Assembly (NCBI GenBank): GCA_044866005.1
Contig: JBIOTN010000021.1
Coordinates: forward strand, 1-30,023
Reading direction: 5' to 3'
DNA: 30,023 nucleotides
Source of the DNA: Candidatus Rokuibacteriota bacterium
GTDB lineage: Bacteria; Methylomirabilota; Methylomirabilia; Rokubacteriales; DASRDR01
The translations under genes were made by a program, and so were the position numbers. The notes below the pieces were generated by a model, which ran no database searches, was not told the origin of the DNA, and was given only the letters and a program-made list of their open reading frames with translations. This document shows, in pieces, positions 16,784 to 24,829 of the stretch. The stretch's first letter is position 1. Each line of letters starts with the position of its first letter.

Positions 16784-17650
16784 CTACGCCTTCAGGTACT
16801 TCTGGAACCAGGCGAGGCAGCGGCTCCAGCCGTCCCTGGCGACCTCGGGCCGGTAGGTGGGCCGGTAATCGGCGTGGAAGCCGTGGGGCGCGTCCGGGTA
16901 GATGTGCTTCTCCACCGCGCGGCCGGCCGCCTTCAGCGCGGCCTCCTCGCGCTCCACGTCCGCGACCGGGATGCTCTGGTCGGCCCCGCCGTAGAGCAGG
17001 AGCACGGGGCAGGGGACCTCGGCGGCCACGTCGAGGGGCGAGACCGGCTTCGGCTCGTCCTTCTGCGCGCGCGCCGGCGCCCCGTACCAGGCGACCGCGG
17101 CCTTCGTGTCCTTGTAGAACGCCGGGAAGGTGAGCGTCATCTGCCCGCCCCAGCAGAAGCCCGTGACGCCGATCGCGTCGCCCCGCGCCGCCGGCTGCTT
17201 CCGGGCGTAGTCCACGGTGGCCCGCATGTCGCCGACGAGCCGCTTGAGCGGCGCGTTGAAGACGGCGCCCAGGATCTTGTCCATGCTCGTCTCCTGCGCG
17301 AGCCCGCCCTCACGCGAGAAGAGCTCCGGCGCGACCGCGTAGTAGCCTTCCTTGCCGAACCGCCGGGTGACGTCGCGGATGTACTCGTGGAGGCCCCACA
17401 CCTCGGAGATCACCAGCACGACGGGGAACTCGCCCGCCTGAGCCGGGTACGCCTCGTAGACCGGGATGGGCGTGCCATCGGCTCCGGCGACGTGGACGGT
17501 CCCCGCGACCAGCCCCTGGGTGTCGGTCTTGATCGCCTGCGCCGGAATGGGGCTCGCCGCCAGCGCGTAGCCGCCCGCCGCGGCGAGGGCGGCGAGCGCC
17601 TCACGCCGGGTCAGCTGGAACGGGCGGTTGGTCTCGGGATCGCTGCCCAT
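16784..17650 (-). CDS. Dienelactone hydrolase family protein with Tat signal
   Basis: 'LTRREAL' twin-arginine motif; E in 'SEVWG'; nucleophile GFCWGG; 'APHGF'; upstream TTGACC-17-TACCTA. Confidence 0.92.
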   Translation of the reverse strand: MGSDPETNRPFQLTRREALAALAAAGGYALAASPIPAQAIKTDTQGLVAGTVHVAGADGTPIPVYEAYPAQAGEFPVVLVISEVWGLHEYIRDVTRRFGKEGYYAVAPELFSREGGLAQETSMDKILGAVFNAPLKRLVGDMRATVDYARKQPAARGDAIGVTGFCWGGQMTLTFPAFYKDTKAAVAWYGAPARAQKDEPKPVSPLDVAAEVPCPVLLLYGGADQSIPVADVEREEAALKAAGRAVEKHIYPDAPHGFHADYRPTYRPEVARDGWSRCLAWFQKYLKA

Positions 17651-17798
17651 CGAAGGCCTCCTCGTGGGGTGGAGCGGCAGGCCGGCTGGCCCCCTCCCTA
17701 GGTATCAGAGCGGAGCGTGATGGTCAAGACGCCCCGCCCGCCGGCCGTCGACGCGACGCGACGTTGCGCGGCCGACCGGCGGCCGCTATGCTGGGGCG

Positions 17799-18818
17799 AT
17801 GTCCGACCTCGCGAACGTCTTCTCCTGGTCGCGCTCGCGCAGCGTGATGTTCGAGGAGTGCCGGCGGAGGTACTTCTACCACTACTACGGCGCCTGGGGT
17901 GGCTGGGCGGCGGACGCGGCGGCCGAGGTGCGCCGTCTCTACGTCCTCAAGCAGCTCACGAGCCGCCAGGGCTGGGCCGGTCGGGTCGTCCACGAGGCCG
18001 TCGAGATGGCGCTCCGGGTGCTCCACGTCGAGCGCGACCTCCCGGAAGCCTGGCTCCTCGAGGAGACCCTCCAGCGCATGCGCCGGGAGTGGCGATTCTC
18101 CAGGCGGGGGGACTATCGCGAGCGCCCGAAGGCGGAGGTCGCGCTCTTCGAGCACGAGTACGGGATCGAGGTGAACGCGCGCGCGTGGCAGGCCCTCCGC
18201 GACCACGTCCTGCGCTGCGTGCGGACCTTCCACCGGTTGCCGCTCCTCCGGGACATCCGCGAGACGCCCCGCGAGCGCTGGATCCTGATCGAGGACGTGC
18301 GGGCCTTCGAGTTCGAGGGCACGCCCGTCTACGCCGCGCCCGACTTCGGCTACTGGACGGAGGCGGGGCGTCTGGCGCTGGTGGACTGGAAGACCGGAAG
18401 CCCGGATCCCGACGAGACGGCCGTCCAGCTCGGCTGCTACGGGCTCTACGCCCGCGACGTCCTGGAGGTCGCGCCGGCGCACGTCGACCTCATCGAGGTG
18501 AACCTGCGCGAGGGCGAGGTCACGGTGCACCGGTGGGACGAGGCGCGGGTGGAAGGGATGCGGGAGCGCCTGCGGCTGTCCATCCGCGCGATGAAAGCGT
18601 GGCTCCGTGATCCTGATGCGAACGTCGCCGTGGTGGACGACTTCGAGCGGACCGAGGACCTGCGCCTCTGCCGCTGGTGCAACTTTCGCGCGGTCTGCCG
18701 CCCGGAGCTCGATGCGCGCGCGCCGAGCGCGGAGGACGTCCCCGTCCGCGCGAGCCTGCCCCTGCCGGCGCCCGGCCCGACGATGCCCGCGGAGACCTCC
18801 CCGCCGCGCGCCCCCTGA
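17799..18818 (+). CDS. PD-(D/E)XK nuclease, RecB/AddB/Cas4-like, with 4-Cys Fe-S staple
   Basis: N-terminal 'SWSR...EECRRRY', 'GRVVHE', 'APDF...LVDWKTG', 'QLGCY', C-terminal 'CRWCNFRAVC'. Confidence 0.85.
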   Translation: MSDLANVFSWSRSRSVMFEECRRRYFYHYYGAWGGWAADAAAEVRRLYVLKQLTSRQGWAGRVVHEAVEMALRVLHVERDLPEAWLLEETLQRMRREWRFSRRGDYRERPKAEVALFEHEYGIEVNARAWQALRDHVLRCVRTFHRLPLLRDIRETPRERWILIEDVRAFEFEGTPVYAAPDFGYWTEAGRLALVDWKTGSPDPDETAVQLGCYGLYARDVLEVAPAHVDLIEVNLREGEVTVHRWDEARVEGMRERLRLSIRAMKAWLRDPDANVAVVDDFERTEDLRLCRWCNFRAVCRPELDARAPSAEDVPVRASLPLPAPGPTMPAETSPPRAP

Positions 18819-18981
18819 ATCTCGCGCGCGCCGCGAAGCGCTCCGATGCGCGCAGCGTGATCTCGCGCCGTGACGACGCCGCTCCGAGCGGTGACTTCGC
18901 CGCCGGCGGGAAATCTCGCGCTGCGACGAGGGCGGTTCGAGCGCGGGCTTTTGCCCGCGCGACCGGTTCCGGGGGAGGAAA

Positions 18982-19010
18982 TCGGAGGGGGCCGTCGAGG
19001 CCCCCTCCGA
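18982..19010. repeat. REP-like palindrome (consensus copy)
   Basis: TCGGAGGGGGCC-GTCGA-GGCCCCCTCCGA between convergent genes. Confidence 0.75.
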
Positions 19011-19018
19011 GGCTGCCC

Positions 19019-19336
19019 CTAGGTCTTCTGCCAGCGGCCGTCGACCCAGGTATACCCGCCCGCACGCGTCTCCCAGTGGCCGGGGACCCAGACGTGGCCG
19101 GCGGGCGGCACGGTCCAGTGACCCGGCACCCAGACGTAGGCGTTGTCGGACGCCCGCCAGACGTAGTAACCCGGGACCCAGACGTAGTCGGACCCCGGCT
19201 GTGCCGTTCGCACCTCGGTGGGAGCGGCCGGCATCGGCGGTGGCGCGGTTTGCGACATGCGCGTCCCCGCCGCACAACCGGCCAACACCAGGACGAGCGA
19301 CCCTGCCACCACGGACCGGATGAAACGTTGCGACAT
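19019..19336 (-). CDS. YXWGXW repeat lipoprotein
   Basis: GGAGG RBS before ATG 19336; lipobox LAGC; repeats YVWVPGYY, YVWVPGHW, HVWVPGHW, YTWVDGRW. Confidence 0.85.
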   Translation of the reverse strand: MSQRFIRSVVAGSLVLVLAGCAAGTRMSQTAPPPMPAAPTEVRTAQPGSDYVWVPGYYVWRASDNAYVWVPGHWTVPPAGHVWVPGHWETRAGGYTWVDGRWQKT

Positions 19337-19501
19337 TTCACGCCTCCAGCAGACGAATGTCGGTCGCCGGCCGGAGGGATGCAAACCGGCTTCCTGGCGG
19401 ACGCCGCCGGTCAGCGCGGGCGCCAGTGGCCCTCGGCGCGGAATCGCTCCGCCGGGTCGGCGGCGGGCGGGACCGCCCGGCTTCGCAGGCGGCGAGGCCG
19501 T

Positions 19502-20413
19502 TCACGAGGCCGCGGGCGCGGCGAAGATCGAGGCGCGCGCGACCTCGTCGTAGCGCACCTTGGCGGGGTCGAACTTCTCGAGGCTGTCCCGGAGCCGCTC
19601 GAAGGTCTGCTCGAACGAGGGCAGTGTCTTGCGCGCGCGGGTCAGCGGGGTGGTGCGGGCGAGGACGTAGTTCTTGACGTAGGGGTGGTTGATGCCGCGC
19701 TTCTTGAGCTTCGCGACCACGTCCGTCAGCACCTCGTCCGCTGCGCGGACGAGGGCGGCGCGGCGCTCCCGCTCCGCGTAGGCCTTGGTGAGCGGCTGCT
19801 TGAGGAAACGGTCCACGCGCCGGAGGAGCGGCGCGAACGCCCCGCCCGCGAAGCGCGGCTTGGCCTCGTAGAGCAGACCCAGCGTGATCAGATGCGGGGC
19901 CTCGAACTGAAACGCGTAATCGTCCTCGCTCCGCGCCCCGGCCTCGTCCATGAGCCCGCGGTACATCCGGATGACCTCGAGCGACTTCTCCTTGACGTTG
20001 TGCGCCTTCTCGGTGTTGAGGGCGAGGATCTGATAGGCGACCTCGGGCTCGGGCACGACGATGGCGGAGATGTAGTCGGCTTTGAGCTTCGCCAGCGCCT
20101 CGCGCCGATGGTTGCCGTTCGGGGTCCAGTACCGGCCGGGGCCGCTCGACACCACGACGATCGGGTCCACGAAGCGGCCGACTTTCTTCATGACGTCCTG
20201 GAGGCGCTTGACGTGCGGCTTCGAGAGGTCGCGCTGGTACGGCGTCGGCGAGACTCGGTCGAGCGGCAGGAGGACGAAGAGCTGCCAGGCCTCCTTCAGC
20301 GGCTCCTGGTAGCAGCCGAGGACGTGACCACCGTCCCGCTCGACCTGCTCGGCGAGCGCTCTCACCGGGCGCGGCGGCTCGGCGTCCTCGGGGAAGGTCG
20401 CCCACTTGGCCAT
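19502..20413 (-). CDS. ParB/Sulfiredoxin N-terminal-domain protein
   Basis: 'PTPYQRDLS', 'FVDPIVV', 'TPNGNHRREA', 'ALNTEKAH'; GGAGG RBS. Confidence 0.75.
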   Translation of the reverse strand: MAKWATFPEDAEPPRPVRALAEQVERDGGHVLGCYQEPLKEAWQLFVLLPLDRVSPTPYQRDLSKPHVKRLQDVMKKVGRFVDPIVVVSSGPGRYWTPNGNHRREALAKLKADYISAIVVPEPEVAYQILALNTEKAHNVKEKSLEVIRMYRGLMDEAGARSEDDYAFQFEAPHLITLGLLYEAKPRFAGGAFAPLLRRVDRFLKQPLTKAYAERERRAALVRAADEVLTDVVAKLKKRGINHPYVKNYVLARTTPLTRARKTLPSFEQTFERLRDSLEKFDPAKVRYDEVARASIFAAPAAS

Positions 20414-20486
20414 GGCGAGGCCTCCGGGGCGACTATAGCCCGAATCGGGGGCGGCGTGAACCCGGCCGGGACGTGCCGCCCGCCGC

Positions 20487-21071
20487 TCAGGCCGCCGGCG
20501 ACCGGCCGCCGTTCCCGCGGGAGAGCTCGTGCTCGACCCGCGCCAGGTGCCCGCGGACGCTCTCGAGCCGCGGATGGACCGCCAGCGCGCGGCGGAAGCA
20601 GCGAGCCGCCTCGGCGGGCTGGCGGAGGGCGAGATGGCAGAGGCCCTGGCCCGAGAGCGCGCCGAAGTGCTGCGGGTTCAGGCGGATCACGCTCTCGCAG
20701 TCGGCGATGGCGGAGGCGTAGTGCTCCGCCAGGTAGCGCGCCGTGGCGCGCTTGTTCCAGCCCTCGGCGAAGGCCGGCGCGGCCTCGATGACGCGGCTGA
20801 AGGCGCTCACCGCGCCGAGCCAGTCCTGGGCCTCCATCGCGCGGAGGCCGTCGGCGAAGAGGGCATCCACCGCGGGGTCGCCGGAGCGGCACCAGATCCG
20901 CCACAGCGTCGCCTCCGCGGCGCGGACCACCTCGGGATCCCCGTCGTGGAGGCAGGCGGCCACGGGCCCCGTGAGGCGGCCGTCGCCGAGCGCGCCGACC
21001 ACCTCGAGGGCCGCTCGCCGCTCGGCGGGGGCCGCCGCCCCGAGCCGCACGAGCGCCTCGTCCAGCGTCAC
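20487..21071 (-). CDS. HEAT repeat + TPR protein
   Basis: GTG overlapping the upstream stop; HEAT 'CLHDGDPEVVRAAEATLW'; TPRs 'FAEGWNKRAT', 'HFGALSGQG', 'ALAVHP'. Confidence 0.82.
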   Translation of the reverse strand: MTLDEALVRLGAAAPAERRAALEVVGALGDGRLTGPVAACLHDGDPEVVRAAEATLWRIWCRSGDPAVDALFADGLRAMEAQDWLGAVSAFSRVIEAAPAFAEGWNKRATARYLAEHYASAIADCESVIRLNPQHFGALSGQGLCHLALRQPAEAARCFRRALAVHPRLESVRGHLARVEHELSRGNGGRSPAA

Positions 21072-21706
21072 GACTTCGGGGCGAGGCGGAAGAGGTCGCC
21101 GAGCGCGGCGAAGGTGTCGAGGGCGGCCTTCTCGTAGTCGGGGCCCCGCCAGCGCGCCACCTCGCGCGCCTCCACGCGGCGACCGAGGACGAGCTGGCCG
21201 TCCCGCGTGCGCACGAGCTCGTCGCCGAGCGCCTTGAAGGCCGCGAGGTCGAGCGCCGCGAGCGTCGCGGCCGGCTCCTCGTCGTGCTCGTTCTTGAACC
21301 ACCCGAGCCCCCGGGGCTTCGCCAGGGTCCGCGCCAGGCGCGGCGCCTCTCGCCGCCAGGCGCGCGCGAAATCCGCCTTGGCCGGGTACTCGGGGCCGAC
21401 CTCGAAGAGGAAGCGCAGGGCGTGACGGGAGACGGCGACCTTGAAATGCGGGGCCTTCTTGTAGCCGCGGCGGTCGGGGCCGAAGGCGACCCAGGTGTCG
21501 TCGGGCGGATTCACCGTGCGCCGGGCGTGCCGGGCGACGTGGCCGAAGACCTCGACGTGGGCGATCCGCGCGAGGGGCGGGGCGAGGCTCTCGCCCAGCC
21601 GCTCCAGCTTCGGCCGGATGGCGGCCCGGAGCGCGGCCATCCGCTCGGCGAAGCCCGGGATGTCGAAGACCTGGAAATCCTGGACGGTGAACGGCTCGAT
21701 CGCCAT
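21068..21706 (-). CDS. DUF1054 (YktB/UPF0637) family protein
   Basis: AAGGAGG RBS; 'FQVFDIPGFAERM...IRPKL', 'HARRTVNPPDDTWVAF...RGYKKAPHF'. Confidence 0.85.
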   Translation of the reverse strand: MAIEPFTVQDFQVFDIPGFAERMAALRAAIRPKLERLGESLAPPLARIAHVEVFGHVARHARRTVNPPDDTWVAFGPDRRGYKKAPHFKVAVSRHALRFLFEVGPEYPAKADFARAWRREAPRLARTLAKPRGLGWFKNEHDEEPAATLAALDLAAFKALGDELVRTRDGQLVLGRRVEAREVARWRGPDYEKAALDTFAALGDLFRLAPKS

Positions 21707-21770
21707 GACGGTCCTCCTTCCCCGTCGAGCCCCGTCGTGTGGACGTGGCGTGACGGTTCGGGTCTGGCCC

Positions 21771-22505
21771 TCAGCCCGCCGGCCGGCGGGCACGGAAGAA
21801 GAGGCTCGGCTCCGCGTGCTCGGCGGGCTCGGAGAGGGCGAGGTTCCCCGCCACGCCCGTGCGCTCCAGCCCCGCGAGGCCGAGCAGCGTGGTGAGCTCG
21901 GGGGCCGTGTAGAAAGACCGCTCCGAGTCCTGCACGGCGCCGGTCTCCAGGAAATGGCCGACGACCCGGCCGCGCCCGCGCGCCGGATCGAGGCTGAACT
22001 CCCAGACGATCTTGAGCTCGCCGCGACCGTCACGACGGAGAAACACCTTGCGGCCCCCCTCGAACCAGCGGAGGACGTCGAAGACGAAGTCGCCCTCCGG
22101 GGTGAGCGCGGCGTGCACGGCCCGAAAGGCCGGGACGAGCTGGGCGCGCTCCAGGCAGTTGAAGACGCCGCCCAGCGCGGTCACGAGGTCGAAGGGCCCC
22201 CAGCGGTCGAGGCGGCCGTCCAGGAGGTCGACGACCTCGAAGCGGACCCGGGGCTGCCCGCCGGCGCGCCGGCGGGCCAGCTCGATCGCGACCGGCGCCG
22301 AGTCGATCCCGACCACCTCGGCGCCGCGCCGCGCCCACTCCAGGGCATGGAGCCCCGCGTTGCAGCCGATGTCGAGGACCCGGCCCGGTACGCCGCGCCA
22401 CGCCAGGATCTCCTCGACCTCTTCGGCCGCCTCCTCGCCCGCGTAGAACGAGCGCTCGAAGACGCCGATGGTGGCCCGGTCGTTGAAGAAGGGGTCGACC
22501 CCCAT
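21771..22505 (-). CDS. Class I SAM-dependent methyltransferase
   Basis: Motif I 'RVLDIGCNAGLHA', 'GIDSA', 'GPFDLV', 'LTPEG'; ATG overlaps the DinB stop (TGATG). Confidence 0.88.
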   Translation of the reverse strand: MGVDPFFNDRATIGVFERSFYAGEEAAEEVEEILAWRGVPGRVLDIGCNAGLHALEWARRGAEVVGIDSAPVAIELARRRAGGQPRVRFEVVDLLDGRLDRWGPFDLVTALGGVFNCLERAQLVPAFRAVHAALTPEGDFVFDVLRWFEGGRKVFLRRDGRGELKIVWEFSLDPARGRGRVVGHFLETGAVQDSERSFYTAPELTTLLGLAGLERTGVAGNLALSEPAEHAEPSLFFRARRPAG

Positions 22506-23041
22506 CAGCGCGACCGGCGCCGCCGCCCGCGCGCGGCCGACCACCAGGCGCGGATCGCCTCCCGGTGCCCGCGCTCGTGGCTCAGGGCGAACTCCCGAAG
22601 CCAGACGGTGACCGGCAGCGCGTGGGTCGGGTCGGCGAGGGCGCGCGGCGGGAGCCGCCGCAGCGCGCGGACCAGCCGTGCTCGCGTGCGGGCGAGCTCG
22701 GCGAGCACCCGACGCCACGACAGCCGGCGCGCGGCCCGGACCGCGCGCGCGTTGAAGCGGTCCGCCTCGGCCATCGTCTCGTACCAGACGATCCGATCGC
22801 CGCGCCCGCGCGCGATCAGGTCGAGCCGGCGGATGCCTTCGGCTTCCCAGGCCGCGATGTGGGCCAGGACGTCCCGGACGGACCACGCCGCCTGGGTCCG
22901 TGGTCGTGCGATCGCCTCCTCTCCGAGGCGCTCGAGGAGCGCGAGCGTCGCGGCGCGGGAGCGCCGCATCCGCTCGAGCGTCCGCCGGCGCCAGGCGGCG
23001 AGCGTCGCGGCGCGGGGCGGGCGGGTCCGGCGGGATGCCAT
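22505..23041 (-). CDS. DinB/YfiT superfamily protein (ClbS/DfsB-like)
   Basis: 'WSVRDVLAHIAAWE' and 'SHERGH' His triad; four-helix pattern. Confidence 0.8.
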   Translation of the reverse strand: MASRRTRPPRAATLAAWRRRTLERMRRSRAATLALLERLGEEAIARPRTQAAWSVRDVLAHIAAWEAEGIRRLDLIARGRGDRIVWYETMAEADRFNARAVRAARRLSWRRVLAELARTRARLVRALRRLPPRALADPTHALPVTVWLREFALSHERGHREAIRAWWSAARGRRRRSR

Positions 23042-23059
23042 GGGGCCTCTCTGTCCGTG

Positions 23060-23144
23060 ATGGTAGCCGGGCCGCCGCGCGCCTTCAACCGGGACGTGGC
23101 GAGCGAAACCCGTGCTTGTGGCCGACCCACGGTCGGGCTACGCT
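23060..23144. promoter_or_regulatory. Divergent sigma70-like promoters with an inverted repeat
   Basis: Minus: TTGAAG-17-TACCAT (23088..23060). Plus: TTGTGG-17-TACGCT (23116..23144), with CCGACC-CAC-GGTCGG in its spacer. Confidence 0.5.
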
Positions 23145-23166
23145 CTCGGCGTTGAGCACCGGCGGG

Positions 23167-24549
23167 ATGGAGGCGCGGCTCACCGCGCGCCTCACGCGGC
23201 TCGACGCCCGAAGTCGCCGGCGACTGTACCGGGCCGTCGAGGCGGCGGAGGCGGCGGCGGCGCTCTTCCACCGGAACCGCCCGGGTGGGCGTCCCGTTCC
23301 GCATCCGATCGCGCTCACGCCGTTCGTGGTGCCTCGCCGCCTCCTCCCGGGCCTCGCGCGCCTCGCCGACCTCGTCCATCGCCTCCAGGCCGAGGCGCCC
23401 GCGCTCTACCGCGAGGGGTTCGGGGACTTCCGGACGCTCTGTCCCCTGAGCGAGGCGACCGAGCGGTGGCTCGAGCGCTACGACCGCGGCCCGGCCCCGT
23501 GGGCGCTCATGATCCGGCCCGACGTGGGGCTCTCGGCGGCCCCGGACGGCGCGGCGCGACCGATCCTCTTCGAGACGAACGCCACCGCGCTCGCCGGCCT
23601 CTACAACCACACGGCGGGCGTGTCGATCCTCGAGCGTGAAGTCTTCCCGCGGCTCCTGACTCCCGCCGAGCGGCGGCGACTCGCCGCACCGCCCGATCTC
23701 CTCGCCCTCACGCTCCGCTGGGTCACGCGGGCCGCCCGGCGGCTGGGCCACCGGCGACTCGGCGGCGTGGCCTTCATCGAGGATCCGGGCCCCGTGGCCG
23801 GGTACAGCGAGTTGCCGCGGCTCGTCCGCGCGTTCGAGGCCCACGGGGTGTCCGCCGCGGTCGGCGCGCCGGAGGAGCTCCGGCGGGGCCGCCGCGGGGT
23901 GCTGCTCCGCGACGTGCCCGCCGAGGTCGTCTACCGCGACGTCACCTTCGATGACCTGGGCCCGCCTGCCGCGGCCGGCCGGCGGCTGGACGGCCTCCTG
24001 GCGCTCCTCGAGCGAGGCGCCGTCGTACCCGGCTTCGGGGGCGAGTTCGGTCACAAGGGGCTCCTGGAGTGCCTGACGCGCCCGGAGTTCGCGCGGCTGT
24101 TCAGCCCGGCCGAGCGGCGCTGGCTGGCGCGCTGCGTCCCGTGGACGCGCGTCCTCTCCGCCCGGATCACGACCGGGCCGGCGGGCCGCCGGGTGGACCT
24201 GCCGGAGTACGTCCGCCGCCACGCGGCCGCCCTCCTCATCAAGCCGAACGTGGGCTCGAGCGGCGAAGGCATCCTGCTGGGGCGCGAAACCCCGGCCGCG
24301 CGGTGGGAAGGAGGCATCGTCCGCGCGCTCCGCGAGCCGGGGGCCTGGGTCGTCCAGGTGCGCCGGCCGGGGACGCGCCGGCCGATGGTCTACCTCCGGG
24401 ACGGCCGCGGCCAGGCCGGCCCCTGCCACTTTTCGCTCGGCCTCTTCTACGCCCCCGGCGACCTCGGCCTCCACTGCCGGGTGAGCCTCCAGCCGATCGT
24501 CAACGTGGCGCGGGGCGGGGCGCTGGCCTGCGCGTTCCTGGCCTCCTGA
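23167..24549 (+). CDS. Circularly permuted ATP-grasp ligase (glutathionylspermidine/glutathione synthase-like)
   Basis: 'IRPD', 'FETNA' (ExN), 'VVYRD', 'GHKGLLE', 'LLIKPNVGSSGEGI', 'WVVQ', 'VNVARGG'. Confidence 0.8.
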   Translation: MEARLTARLTRLDARSRRRLYRAVEAAEAAAALFHRNRPGGRPVPHPIALTPFVVPRRLLPGLARLADLVHRLQAEAPALYREGFGDFRTLCPLSEATERWLERYDRGPAPWALMIRPDVGLSAAPDGAARPILFETNATALAGLYNHTAGVSILEREVFPRLLTPAERRRLAAPPDLLALTLRWVTRAARRLGHRRLGGVAFIEDPGPVAGYSELPRLVRAFEAHGVSAAVGAPEELRRGRRGVLLRDVPAEVVYRDVTFDDLGPPAAAGRRLDGLLALLERGAVVPGFGGEFGHKGLLECLTRPEFARLFSPAERRWLARCVPWTRVLSARITTGPAGRRVDLPEYVRRHAAALLIKPNVGSSGEGILLGRETPAARWEGGIVRALREPGAWVVQVRRPGTRRPMVYLRDGRGQAGPCHFSLGLFYAPGDLGLHCRVSLQPIVNVARGGALACAFLAS

Positions 24550-24694
24550 GGCCGGCCCGCCCGGGGCCACCGGGTGTCGCCGAAGGGCTCCATCGGCGAA
24601 CACGATGCGTCCCACCGGGGGCCTTGCGAAACCCCCGATGGGTGAGCCATGATGAACGGCGTTGCCAATCGGACTCGGGAAAGGGGGCGGGACA

Positions 24695-24754
24695 GTGGAG
24701 CTCGTCGTCGAGGTCGTCGACACGGTCGAGGTCGTCCCCACCTGACACAACTAG
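24695..24754 (+). CDS. Putative selenocysteine-containing RiPP precursor MELVVEVVDTVEVVPT(U)HN
   Basis: GGAAAGGGGG RBS 7 nt before GTG; codons 1-16 all end in G/C; TGA at 24743..24745, then CAC AAC TAG; SECIS-like hairpin follows; directly upstream of DUF692. Confidence 0.7.
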
Positions 24755-24779
24755 CCTAGCTCCTCGTTCGGGGAGCAGG
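24755..24779 (+). promoter_or_regulatory. SECIS-like hairpin for the precursor UGA
   Basis: CCU-a-GCUCCUC(GUUC)GGGGAGC-AGG; stem starts at +10 and apical loop 20 nt after the UGA; loop begins GU. Confidence 0.6.
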
Positions 24780-24813
24780 ACGGCCCCGGGTAGCGCACGC
24801 TGCCCGGGGCCGT
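24780..24813 (+). terminator. Strong hairpin between precursor and MNIO gene (attenuator or mRNA stabiliser)
   Basis: ACGGCCCCGGGTAGCG-CA-CGCTGCCCGGGGCCGT followed by ATTAT. Confidence 0.65.
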
Positions 24814-24829
24814 ATTATGATCGGGACCG

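Noticed and set aside
24547..24549. Sec readthrough of the ATP-grasp TGA
   Set aside because: The protein already ends at the family's typical C-terminal 'NVARGG...' strand, and no comparable GU-loop hairpin was seen at SECIS distance.
23167..24549. Classical graspetide (omega-ester) synthetase acting on the T/D/E-rich peptide
   Set aside because: The motif order is circularly permuted and GspS-like rather than RimK/MvdD-type, and the peptide lacks a PFFARFL-type leader; not strictly excluded.
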